Below, piece by piece: positions 1-8,561 of a DNA stretch of 64,000 nt. Source of the DNA: Myxococcota bacterium (GTDB taxonomy: Bacteria; Myxococcota_A; UBA796; GCA-2862545); assembly GCA_039208735.1 (NCBI GenBank), contig JBCCQY010000029.1, forward strand, positions 10,522 through 74,521, in the 5' to 3' direction. The notes under the pieces are model-generated. The model was given only the letters and a program-made list of their open reading frames with translations. It searched no databases and was not told the DNA's origin. Made by a program: the position numbers and the translations under genes. The stretch's first letter is position 1. Every line of letters starts with the position of its first letter.

Positions 1-209
1 TGAAGGAGGGCATGATCCTCTTGGAACCGGTTTGTACGCTGGGCGGCTCGGTCGTGGTACCGAAGGGCTACGAGATCACCAAGACCGTAAAGGCGAGTCT
101 CGTCCGCTTTGCGGCGGGTCGCGGTTTGCGCGAGCCTGTGATGGTGCAGCTTCCTGAAGAAGATGCGCGACTGCAGGTTCCGAAGGTCAACGAGGTCGTG
201 GTCTCGTAG
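1..209 (+). CDS. 3' end of a probable response regulator / HD-GYP-type protein (5' truncated by window edge)
   Basis: Frame is open from the window start (KEGMILLEPV...GSVVVPKGYEIT...LVRFA...LREPVMV). This resembles the C-terminal 'GM.L..D+.T..G..L+..G.E+T' domain of REC-HD-GYP proteins. Confidence 0.5.
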   Translation, partial: KEGMILLEPVCTLGGSVVVPKGYEITKTVKASLVRFAAGRGLREPVMVQLPEEDARLQVPKVNEVVVS

Positions 210-1619
210 TCAAAGCAGGTCGATGCCGCCGTTCGCCTCCAACTGTGGAAACCAAGCGGCTTGTCGCAGCGTTTGTAGAATGGGGTCATCGGGCGAGATG
301 TCGAGTTCGAGCCATTCGAGGGTGGGCAAGTTTGCGTGCCGAAGTACGCGTGGTCGGCCTCGTAGCGCGAGGTAGCGCACGCCGGTGAGCCCCTGGTGGT
401 GCTGAAGCCCTGGCGCGTTGCCGCGTTCTTGGGTGGTGAGCGACAGTGCGTGAAGGTTTGGCAAGGTGAAGTGGCGAGCCAGGTTGTCGAGGGTCCCTTC
501 GTAGTTCCACCAACATCGCAGCCCCTTCGTGAAGGGGGCGTTCGTCAACGTCCGCAATGCACCTGGATTCGTCGGGGAGCCCGCGGTGTCGAGTTCGTGC
601 ACCTCACCAAGCCACGAGGAGTCCACGAACTCTTCGGCATTGCGGTCCTCCATGGCATTTCGGCTGAGCCGAATCGTGTGGGGTCGAAGCACCCCTTCGG
701 CGGCGAACGGGAACCCGCCTTCGACATAGGGCAGGGCCAAATGCTCAATGGAGGCCAGCTTCGGTGAGCCGATGAGCGCGGTGGCGACAGCTTCGCTTGC
801 GCTGTTCGACCCTACGTTTAGGCTCGTGACGTCCGTGAGTCCCGGCCAGTCCAGAAGGCATTGGAGATGCGACGCCTGCAAGGGCGGACCGGCACGTTCC
901 TCTCGCCACCCGGGCCGTGTCGCCGTGTGTTCGCGGGCCGCATAGAGGCGGAGCGCGCGCAGCCCTCGGGGAATGAGGGCCAAGATGTCTGCAAGGCGGC
1001 CTTCATCGAGGCGAACGCCTTCGAGAGATAGCCGATCGAGCTGCCCCAGAAACGGCGAAGCCAGCAGATCAGGAAGATGGCTCGCGCTGCCTCGAACCTC
1101 GATCTCGCGGATCTGGTTCAGCCAAGGGGCCTGGGCGAGGAGCCGTCCGGCGCGGGGGCTATTGAAGCCTTTGGTGACGAGTTCGAGTCGTCGCAACGTG
1201 GAGGGAACCGTGCCCATCACAGCTCCCGATTGAATGGGCCACGGGACTTGCACCGACGTAAGGTGCGTGTGCTCCGCGAGGGCTGGGCCGTGGCGCTGGG
1301 TGAACAGCGCAAACGACTGTACTTCGGCATGCGAAAGCAACCCGCGTTCGTAATGATCCCCCCACACGACCCCTGAAAGCTTGGGCAGCTTGGCCTTCCA
1401 TTCCGACCGGTGCCGTCGCCAAAGCCGGTTGCGGCGCCGCTTGGCGGGAAGCCCGCGAGGGTCGGTGGCAGGGTGGCGTGCGGCCGTCACGTCCGATTCG
1501 ATGAACGCGGCGTGGGACATGTCGCCTTGGTCGGCGAGCCAATCCGCGTACACGAGGCGAAGCGCGTCGTCATCCGGGTTCGCCCGAATGGCGTCCTCGA
1601 GGGTCTTCCCGTCCATCAT
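210..1619 (-). CDS. TIGR02996 domain protein with LRR-like C-terminus
   Basis: N-terminal LEDAIRANPDDDALRLVYADWLADQGD followed by degenerate leucine-rich repeats. Start moved to MMDGK (1619) to avoid overlap with the divergent SDR gene. Confidence 0.8.
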   Translation of the reverse strand: MMDGKTLEDAIRANPDDDALRLVYADWLADQGDMSHAAFIESDVTAARHPATDPRGLPAKRRRNRLWRRHRSEWKAKLPKLSGVVWGDHYERGLLSHAEVQSFALFTQRHGPALAEHTHLTSVQVPWPIQSGAVMGTVPSTLRRLELVTKGFNSPRAGRLLAQAPWLNQIREIEVRGSASHLPDLLASPFLGQLDRLSLEGVRLDEGRLADILALIPRGLRALRLYAAREHTATRPGWREERAGPPLQASHLQCLLDWPGLTDVTSLNVGSNSASEAVATALIGSPKLASIEHLALPYVEGGFPFAAEGVLRPHTIRLSRNAMEDRNAEEFVDSSWLGEVHELDTAGSPTNPGALRTLTNAPFTKGLRCWWNYEGTLDNLARHFTLPNLHALSLTTQERGNAPGLQHHQGLTGVRYLALRGRPRVLRHANLPTLEWLELDISPDDPILQTLRQAAWFPQLEANGGIDLL

Positions 1620-1676
1620 CGCAGCATACGCGTTTGCGTAGGTGTCGTCGTCGGACGCGGGCGTTACGCGTGCCGG

Positions 1677-2672
1677 ATGACCACCGCGTTCGTCACCGGA
1701 GCGGGGAGCGGAATCGGGTTTGCCATTGCCCACCGCTTGCTCGCCCTAGGCTGGAACGTCGTGGCGACCGACAAGGAAACGGGCCCCTGGTCCGTGGCCC
1801 TCGGTGCGCCGCGGCCCCAGCTGCGTATTCTCTCCTTGGATGTGCGGAACTCCGACCAGGTGCACGCTGCGGCCCAGGTTGCGGGCGACGTCGATCTCCT
1901 TGTCAACAATGCAGGAATTGCGATCTTCGGAACCCAGGAGGAGTCGGACCTTGATGCGGTTCGGGACCTCTTTGAGGTCAATGTGTTGGGTCCTGCACGG
2001 GTGACCCAGGCCCTGCTGCCCTCACTGCGCCAGCGCAAGGGCACCATCGTTCAGATCTCGTCGCTCGCCGGCAAAGCGGTGTTCCCGGAATCCGGGTTTT
2101 ATGCAGCGACCAAGCATGCGCTGGAGGCGATGTCTGAAGCGTTGGTGCAGGAGGTGGCCCCGTTCGGGGTTCGCGTGAGGGTTGTGGAGCCGGGAGCCTA
2201 CGCCACGCGCCTGCAAGACACCGCCGCGGCGGCCTCGCGCAATCCCCCGGCCGACAGCCCCTACGCAGAGCTGCGCCCGGTCTGGGATGCCCGGCGAGAG
2301 GAGACCCTTACGGCGGGCGGGGCCCCCGATGAAGTCGCTCAGGCAGTGGTGGCCTCACTCGAGGACCCGGCTCCCTTCGCGCGCTTGGCCGTAGGCGTCG
2401 ATGCCGCACACATCCTCGATCTTAGGAACGAGCTTGGCGATGCGGCGTTTGTGCAGCTTTCCATTGAGCGCAACGGCGGGCCGGCGAGCGATCGAGGTCC
2501 CGCGCACGTTCGGTCTCCTCAAGAGGTGCTCTCAGCCCCGGATCACGTCCTCGAACCCACCCGAGCTGCCTATGTCCATGGGCACCTTGGACACTGGGCG
2601 GAGGGGGAAGACGGCCAAGAAGCGTTGTCGCGTCTTGAAGCGCTTTCCGGGTCGCGTGGAGCGAACACCTAG
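1677..2672 (+). CDS. Short-chain dehydrogenase/reductase (SDR)
   Basis: TGAGSGIG, NNAG and YAATK motifs. ATG at 1677 (MTTAFVTG). Confidence 0.9.
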   Translation: MTTAFVTGAGSGIGFAIAHRLLALGWNVVATDKETGPWSVALGAPRPQLRILSLDVRNSDQVHAAAQVAGDVDLLVNNAGIAIFGTQEESDLDAVRDLFEVNVLGPARVTQALLPSLRQRKGTIVQISSLAGKAVFPESGFYAATKHALEAMSEALVQEVAPFGVRVRVVEPGAYATRLQDTAAAASRNPPADSPYAELRPVWDARREETLTAGGAPDEVAQAVVASLEDPAPFARLAVGVDAAHILDLRNELGDAAFVQLSIERNGGPASDRGPAHVRSPQEVLSAPDHVLEPTRAAYVHGHLGHWAEGEDGQEALSRLEALSGSRGANT

Positions 2673-3091
2673 GCGGCGGGAACTCGCATCGCGTGGGTGC
2701 GAGCCTCTTCAATGGCGGCCCGGAATCGCAGGGGGGCCTGGGCGTTAGGAAAGTCGATCGTGCCACTGCCGGTTCCCGCAATCGAAATCTGGCCGTAGCC
2801 AAAGATCTGACCCCAGAACGTGCGGTGGAGATTGACCTCTTCGACCGTGTCGAGCGGCAGTTCCTCCGTCCTCACCGAAAACAGCCCTTGCTTGAAGACG
2901 ATCCGGCGGGACGTGACCACCATCTCGCTCGTCCAGGCCCGGACTTCGCGGTCGATGAAGACGAGAATGCCCACAAGTAGGATGCCGAGCGTGAGTAGCC
3001 AGATCCAGCTCACCAAGTGGTACACGAGGGGAAAGCGCGCACGATGGATGACAACTTCATCGCGGCTCAAGCTTCGTGTGACGTAGGACAT
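2669..3091 (-). CDS. Bacterial PH (bPH_2/YdbS-like) domain membrane protein
   Basis: One TM segment, then 'EMVVTSRRIVFKQGLFS...ELPLDTVEEV...GQIFGYGQISI.GTG', typical of bPH_2. Confidence 0.8.
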   Translation of the reverse strand: MSYVTRSLSRDEVVIHRARFPLVYHLVSWIWLLTLGILLVGILVFIDREVRAWTSEMVVTSRRIVFKQGLFSVRTEELPLDTVEEVNLHRTFWGQIFGYGQISIAGTGSGTIDFPNAQAPLRFRAAIEEARTHAMRVPAA

Positions 3092-3242
3092 GGGTTCGTT
3101 GACCTCACTTTCGGGTCACGCTCCTCTCTCCTCCGCCTCGCGCGAAACGCGCGACTCTCTCCTCACCGTGAGCGTGTGCCCTTCGGTGATCCTATCTTGC
3201 GGAGACGAGTCAGGCCGGTAGGCCGAGCCGTTATCCGGTCGC

Positions 3243-4187
3243 ATGCTCCCCAGCCTCCACAAGTTTGCCGAGCGGCCAGAGTGGGTTTCGGAGTCGGCAG
3301 GGCACGTTCGGTTTCGGATGCCTTTGGCGTCGGTCGACGCAGGCGTGCTGTACGCGTTCCTTGGCGCGATCATTCCCTGGATGCCGTTCTTGGCCATTGG
3401 AGCGTACGGTTTGGCCCTTGCCATCGACGCTCAGATTCGTCAGTGGCGACGGCGGAGTCTGGTGGTGACACCGGACCAGTTGGTGCTGGGCCGGCAGGCC
3501 ATCCCCCGGGAGCGGGTGCGTGCGATCACCACGCGCTGGTCCGGGCAGCACTGGGATCTGCGCTTCGACACGGAGGACGGAGCGGTCACCTGGGCGGGGC
3601 TCGGCATTACCTCAGCCGAGTTGTCGTGGGTCCTCGCCTATTTGCGGGCGTGGTCATCGCGGGCCGAGCCCGAGCGAACCATCACCCCGCGCCTTGAAGA
3701 ACGAGGGATTGGGGGCGAGATCCACGGGTCTGCGTGGCCGCTCGACGTGGTCGATCTGGTGGCGACGGTCGGCTTCGCCGCAGGCTACCTGGCCGTGGTT
3801 CCGTTGGCCACGGGCCTCGCCATGAAGGGGCTGCTCTCGGGGCTCGGCGTGGGGTTGGGCCTCGCGTTTGGGCGTCGGCTCTATGCATGGACCGACGTCG
3901 AGCTGCGTGCCCAGGCCATGACGATTCGAACCAAGGGCTTTCAGACCCGACAGTTCACGTTGGCCTACGAAGACATCGTGCACGTGAGGGCCACGCGTTC
4001 CCGGTTGCACCTCACGCTGCGGGATGGTCGGACGCTTCGCGTTCGGACGGGCGAGGCCCCGGGGCTCGCGGAGACCATTCGCGAACTCCGGGTCGCGTTG
4101 GCGCGAGAAGAGCCTCGGACCGCTCCCGTCGGAGATCGACGCGCCTTGGAACGGGTTCTCAAGGCGCAAGAGACGCTCAAGCGATGA
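3243..4187 (+). CDS. Hypothetical membrane protein (two TM-hairpin plus PH-like units)
   Basis: 314-aa ORF filling the gap between genes. Two hydrophobic hairpins, each followed by a beta-rich PH-like segment. Confidence 0.6.
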   Translation: MLPSLHKFAERPEWVSESAGHVRFRMPLASVDAGVLYAFLGAIIPWMPFLAIGAYGLALAIDAQIRQWRRRSLVVTPDQLVLGRQAIPRERVRAITTRWSGQHWDLRFDTEDGAVTWAGLGITSAELSWVLAYLRAWSSRAEPERTITPRLEERGIGGEIHGSAWPLDVVDLVATVGFAAGYLAVVPLATGLAMKGLLSGLGVGLGLAFGRRLYAWTDVELRAQAMTIRTKGFQTRQFTLAYEDIVHVRATRSRLHLTLRDGRTLRVRTGEAPGLAETIRELRVALAREEPRTAPVGDRRALERVLKAQETLKR

Positions 4188-4632
4188 GCGCGATGGTGTG
4201 CTCACGACCCTGAAAATCGAAGCTGTCACCCTGCTCGAGCCCCGCCATCGCCAAGATGATCGGGGCGTGGGGGGACACGCCGAGGAACGTGATGCCTTCG
4301 CATTCGAAAGCGGCGGTCGGGGCAGCGATGATCAGACACCGCTCGGAGCCCTCGAGCTTCACGATGGCCCCGGGTTCGACGACATCCCGAGGTTCGAAGG
4401 GCGTGGCTTCGATGAGGTCGATGTGGTGCTGATGGTCGTGGACCTGGTGCTCGTACTGCTCGGCGATGTTGGTGTTCGTTGCCGACTGGGCGAGGTCGTC
4501 TTCTTCAACCGTCATGTCGCGGTCGATTCGCACCTCGTTCAGCCACATTTGATAGCTCTGCTCGGCGGTCGCGATGACTTCGGCTTCAAGTTCGAGCATT
4601 TTATTCTTCAGCACAAGCTTATTGATGGCCAT
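4177..4632 (-). CDS. GreA/GreB-like protein
   Basis: MAINKLVL start. N-terminal coiled coil, then 'VVEPGAIV...GVSPHAPIILAMAGLEQGDSFDFQG', matching the GreA/B C-terminal domain. Confidence 0.7.
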   Translation of the reverse strand: MAINKLVLKNKMLELEAEVIATAEQSYQMWLNEVRIDRDMTVEEDDLAQSATNTNIAEQYEHQVHDHQHHIDLIEATPFEPRDVVEPGAIVKLEGSERCLIIAAPTAAFECEGITFLGVSPHAPIILAMAGLEQGDSFDFQGREHTIALIA

Positions 4633-4642
4633 CGATTCTCCG

Positions 4643-5029
4643 TTAGCTTCGTCGAATGCGTAAGCGAATGGGACCCTTCGCCGTCGATGGATCGACGACA
4701 CGTCCCTTCTGGGTGATCTCGATTTCACCGGCCGCAACCAGTCGTCGAGCCGCTTGACGCGTACGCTCCATCCACTCGCGCCACGCTTCGTGACCCTCTT
4801 GCGCCGCGATGGCCCGGGTGACTTCGCTGGGGCAGATGGTCGCGCCGGAGGAACGAGCGGCGAGCAGGTCTCGAATACCGGTTTCGAGCTTTGCATCGAG
4901 GGGGCCCAGTTTGGCCTTACGGCACCCCTTGGAACAGTATTTGACAGCGTCCCAGTCGCGAGCCCACTTGGCCCGCCATTCGATCGTTCGGCCGCACACC
5001 ACACAATGTTTCGAGGCTCGCTCGCTCAT
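4643..5029 (-). CDS. DUF2256 + DUF3253 domain protein
   Basis: KHCVVCGR.IEWRAKWARDWDAVKYCSKGCR (DUF2256) and TICPSEV...ITQKGRVVDPSTAKGPIRLR (DUF3253). Confidence 0.85.
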   Translation of the reverse strand: MSERASKHCVVCGRTIEWRAKWARDWDAVKYCSKGCRKAKLGPLDAKLETGIRDLLAARSSGATICPSEVTRAIAAQEGHEAWREWMERTRQAARRLVAAGEIEITQKGRVVDPSTAKGPIRLRIRRS

Positions 5030-6516
5030 TCTCCCTCATCGAGATGCAGATGTGGGACGGCATTGCCCACCACCTCGATCGTATGGTTTGGACGCGTCTT
5101 GGTGAGCAACTTCGTGAGATCGACGCCAAGTTCTGAAAGTTCGGCGAGGTGACGACGTTGCCGGGCATCGCGAGCCTCGGCGACGGCTTCGGTCTGCTCG
5201 GCGTCGAGCCGCGCTCGTTGTCGGGCCACCGTGTTGCGCTTCGTCTGAAGCTCCAGGTCCAGTTCGGTCCGGGACCGCTCCTCCTCCCGTTCCTTGTCCG
5301 CACGCGACAACCGCCGGTCAAGCTTGAAGTCTTCGAGTTCTTCGGCTTGCTGCTGCGTGGCCCGTTCGAGCTGCAGGCGAACGCGGGACTCGGTGGCTTC
5401 ATCATGCAGGCGTTGCAAGGCGGGGGGAGCGCCGTAGCCGCGGTACACGACCTTGTCGATGCGGTAGCCGCATTGCGTCGCCCGCGACACGAGCTGGGGG
5501 TAGCTGTCGAGCGTATTCAGCGCCGTCGTGTGCGACTTGAACGCATCGAGCGTGCGTTGGCCGACGAAGTCGATGACGTCGCTCGTGGCCGCATTGACGA
5601 AGTCTCCGATCGGATCGTGGGTCGTGACGAGCATGCGTTCGATGTCGACGAGTTCGAAGAACAGCATGAGCCGGATGGTGAGCACCGCGTCGTCGGCGGT
5701 GCGCACGTCAACCACGTCGTGGTACATCTGATCGGGCATCAACCAGAGTTTTTGGAAGGTCAACCCGCCGGGCACCTTCTGGAAGGTGTTCGCGTCGGGC
5801 GAAGGCCCGTGCCACACAAAGGTGTGCAGCCACTCCCCGGGGCCTGGAACCAACGTGGCGGGTCCGTGTTCGATGCGGCGTGAGATCGAGCGGTCTTCCT
5901 CTTCGGACTCGCTGTAGACGACGACGGCTTCCTTGTCGGCGAGCTGGACCGCCTCCTCCTTGTCGACCGACAGGTGGATGCGAGGGTCGAACCAGCAGTG
6001 TGCGGGACCTGCGAGGTGCTGCTGGCTGCCGTCCCGAAACCGTACGACCAAGAAGTCGCCGGGGTGAGCCACGTAGTGATTCATGGGTCGAATCTTCCGA
6101 CCCCACGTCAGGATCCGCTTAGGGCCTTCGACGATGTCGACGTTCCCCCGGCGGTCGGTGACGATCACGCGCTGACCGTCTTCGACGGTGTAGAACCACA
6201 TGGAAGACCTTCCAGATTGGACTTGCACATCGAAACCACCGTGGTCGGCGGCGGGGGGAGGGGATGGCGCCCGGCGGTTAAGGGAGCGTCGTCCGCGGGT
6301 CTGAACGCTGCTCTCAGATTCGATTTGTTCAGCCGCAAAACCGCCAAACACTTCGTCTTGGTCGGCTTTGTCGAGCGCATTGAGCATCTGCCGCATCACC
6401 GGAGCGGCCGCCTGGGCGAGTTCCGCCCGCTGCTGGATGGGGGGCTCCGCGGATACGTTCCGCATGCCCTCTTGCACGGCTCCCGCCTTCTTCGAATACC
6501 GGTAGTTGCGGGCCAA
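5026..6516 (-). CDS. Major-vault-protein-like / SPFH-superfamily protein with C-terminal coiled coil
   Basis: Three short beta-repeats ending in 'GP', then an SPFH/MVP-shoulder-like segment (LWLMPDQMYHDVVDVRTADDAVLTIRLML...DPIGDFVNAATS) and a long E/R-rich helix. Start uncertain (TTG 6516 or ATG 6201). Confidence 0.7.
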   Translation of the reverse strand: MARNYRYSKKAGAVQEGMRNVSAEPPIQQRAELAQAAAPVMRQMLNALDKADQDEVFGGFAAEQIESESSVQTRGRRSLNRRAPSPPPAADHGGFDVQVQSGRSSMWFYTVEDGQRVIVTDRRGNVDIVEGPKRILTWGRKIRPMNHYVAHPGDFLVVRFRDGSQQHLAGPAHCWFDPRIHLSVDKEEAVQLADKEAVVVYSESEEEDRSISRRIEHGPATLVPGPGEWLHTFVWHGPSPDANTFQKVPGGLTFQKLWLMPDQMYHDVVDVRTADDAVLTIRLMLFFELVDIERMLVTTHDPIGDFVNAATSDVIDFVGQRTLDAFKSHTTALNTLDSYPQLVSRATQCGYRIDKVVYRGYGAPPALQRLHDEATESRVRLQLERATQQQAEELEDFKLDRRLSRADKEREEERSRTELDLELQTKRNTVARQRARLDAEQTEAVAEARDARQRRHLAELSELGVDLTKLLTKTRPNHTIEVVGNAVPHLHLDEGE

Positions 6517-6519
6517 GGG

Positions 6520-7233
6520 CTAGGCTGCCTTGAGGTCTTCGAGCGACATCGCGATCAAGGGATGGTTCGGGAACTGCTCGTCCACCTCGTTGAGCACCGC
6601 GATGCCATCGTCGATCCGATCGAGCCGTTGCAAGGCTTCTACGTAGGCCAATGCCGCCCCCAGCGGGTCGGGGCGTAGCTTCACGCTCACGTCATCGGTG
6701 ATGGGCAGATCGAGCGCGAGGTCTCGTTCGGACTGTGCGAAAACCTGTCCCATGGTGCTGCGGTCCACGTAGGCCAGGCGCAACAGGCTCGTCGCGGCGG
6801 TGGCCCCGTCTTCCTGGCGCAGCCGCAGCAACCCTGCGAGAAAGGCGGCATCCGCGAGGTGGGTCAGCCCCTGAAGCTGTTCGAGCGCGGTCGCTTCGTC
6901 GCCTGCGGCAGCGGCGTCGCAGGCCGCGGCAAACTGCTCCTTTTCGGCGTCGGACACTTCGATCCAAGGGGTTTCGATGGCGGTGGAGGCATCTGGCGCA
7001 GCCGTCTCCTCGGCGCCCTTGGCCTCCTTCTTTTTCGCCTCTCCCCCGGTGCCGAACTTGTGCGTATAGTGCAGCCCGGTGCCCGGGACGCCCACGGTCA
7101 TACGGCTTCCGGATGTTCCGATCGTGTACTTTGCGCCTTTCGGACCGATGGAAAGCGAGAAGCCCGTCTTGCTGATGTTCAGCGTCACCCCAGGAGCAAT
7201 CTTGAACCGCCGCCAGAACCGAACCGAACCCAT
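6520..7233 (-). CDS. DUF4236 domain protein with TPR-like C-terminus
   Basis: MGSVRFWRRFKIAPGVTLNISKTGFSLSIG...GVPGTGLHY is the DUF4236 signature. Confidence 0.85.
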   Translation of the reverse strand: MGSVRFWRRFKIAPGVTLNISKTGFSLSIGPKGAKYTIGTSGSRMTVGVPGTGLHYTHKFGTGGEAKKKEAKGAEETAAPDASTAIETPWIEVSDAEKEQFAAACDAAAAGDEATALEQLQGLTHLADAAFLAGLLRLRQEDGATAATSLLRLAYVDRSTMGQVFAQSERDLALDLPITDDVSVKLRPDPLGAALAYVEALQRLDRIDDGIAVLNEVDEQFPNHPLIAMSLEDLKAA

Positions 7234-7372
7234 GCGTTGCGCCCTCCGGGACTCGTCCCTCGCAAGCCCAGAACCAAGCCTATGCGTTGGTCCCGGACGT
7301 GGCCACCGAAGGGATCGGGAAGGAGGGCCTACTGGGCTGGTCGCCGATCGGGGCAAGCGATACACCGGGCGC

Positions 7373-8107
7373 ATGTTGCACCCCGGATTGCGCCTTCCAA
7401 ACGTTCTCGCGCGGCCCCTCCTCGTCGGGATGGTGGGCGCCCTCTTTGCGACCTCTCTGGCGTGTGCGGGGCTCTTGCCCGAAACGCCATCGCTTCCCGA
7501 GCCGGAGCCTCGGGTTGTCGAAGACAAGGAGGAACTCATCTACTTTTACGTGCCGGGCGACCGCGAAGTAGATGACGCTCGATTCTCGGAATGGGAAGTC
7601 GGAAACCGGCTGTACGTGGGCGTGCATGACGTGAACCTGCGGGAGTCCGAGAACACCTCGTCGAGTGTCATTCGGACCTTGCCGCTGGGCATGCAAGTCG
7701 AGATCTTGGAGGCCGGCCCCGTGCAGGTGCTGACCCAGCGCCGCAACCAGTGGTACCGCGTGCGGACGCCACTGTCTGTCGAGGGGTGGGTGTTCGGGGC
7801 GGTACTGTCGCCCGTGCGGGTCATGCTGCCCGGTTCACAGGGAGGCGATGCGCCTGCGGTGATCACCTTCAACCCCGACTTTGGTCCTCGGGTCCGCGTT
7901 CGCGATCCCAGTGCGGGAGAGGTAGGCCGGGAATGGTCGCTCGACGTCGAACCCACGAGCGAGTTCGTGGGCGGCGTGCTCACCGCGACGGAAGAGCCGG
8001 TCGGTAACGACAGCCAGCTCGTCATCGAACAGTGCGACGCGGCGACCAAACGTTGTGGAACGGCCCGGGTCCGGATCGTCGACGGCGAGCTTGTTGCCGT
8101 CGACTAG
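7373..8107 (+). CDS. SH3-domain exported (lipo)protein
   Basis: Hydrophobic signal ending SLAC, then 'VNLRE...VIRTLPLG.QVEIL...WYRV...EGWVFG' (SH3b). Confidence 0.7.
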   Translation: MLHPGLRLPNVLARPLLVGMVGALFATSLACAGLLPETPSLPEPEPRVVEDKEELIYFYVPGDREVDDARFSEWEVGNRLYVGVHDVNLRESENTSSSVIRTLPLGMQVEILEAGPVQVLTQRRNQWYRVRTPLSVEGWVFGAVLSPVRVMLPGSQGGDAPAVITFNPDFGPRVRVRDPSAGEVGREWSLDVEPTSEFVGGVLTATEEPVGNDSQLVIEQCDAATKRCGTARVRIVDGELVAVD

Positions 8108-8120
8108 AAAACCGTAGTTT

Positions 8121-8549
8121 CTAGACGGCTTCTGCGGTCTCTGCTTCCGCTTCCTCTTCGCGGTTGAACATCGACAGGAACAACTCCTCCGCCGCGCCGA
8201 GCAGCTCGAGCATGCGTGAGAACACGGCTGCCGTTTGATCGTGGCTCTCGACCAGCGTTTCGATGGTGGCCCAGACCTTGTCGCCCACCGCAAACACCTT
8301 CGCGGCCTTGACCTCTGCCGTCACGTGGCTTGCGATGATGCTGACCCGGTCCAAGTCGAGCGAGTCATCGATCGTCGCAAAGTTCGGAAGGATCATCCGA
8401 AAGTAGTGGTGGTCGTTTAAGTCGAGCGCGATCACGAACGTCCGATGACCGTGCTGGAACGTCACGAAGTTATCGCCGGTCTCCGAGATCGGGTAGCCCT
8501 CGCGGGCCAGAAACGCTGTCAAATACTCGAGGTTCGCCGTGGTTTCCAT
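8121..8549 (-). CDS. YbjN-like (T3SS-chaperone-fold) small acidic protein
   Basis: 142 aa, acidic, 'FLAREGY...VTFQH...YFRMILPNF...VTAEVKAAKV'. GGGGAAGG RBS upstream. Confidence 0.6.
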   Translation of the reverse strand: METTANLEYLTAFLAREGYPISETGDNFVTFQHGHRTFVIALDLNDHHYFRMILPNFATIDDSLDLDRVSIIASHVTAEVKAAKVFAVGDKVWATIETLVESHDQTAAVFSRMLELLGAAEELFLSMFNREEEAEAETAEAV

Positions 8550-8561
8550 GCCTTCCCCCGC

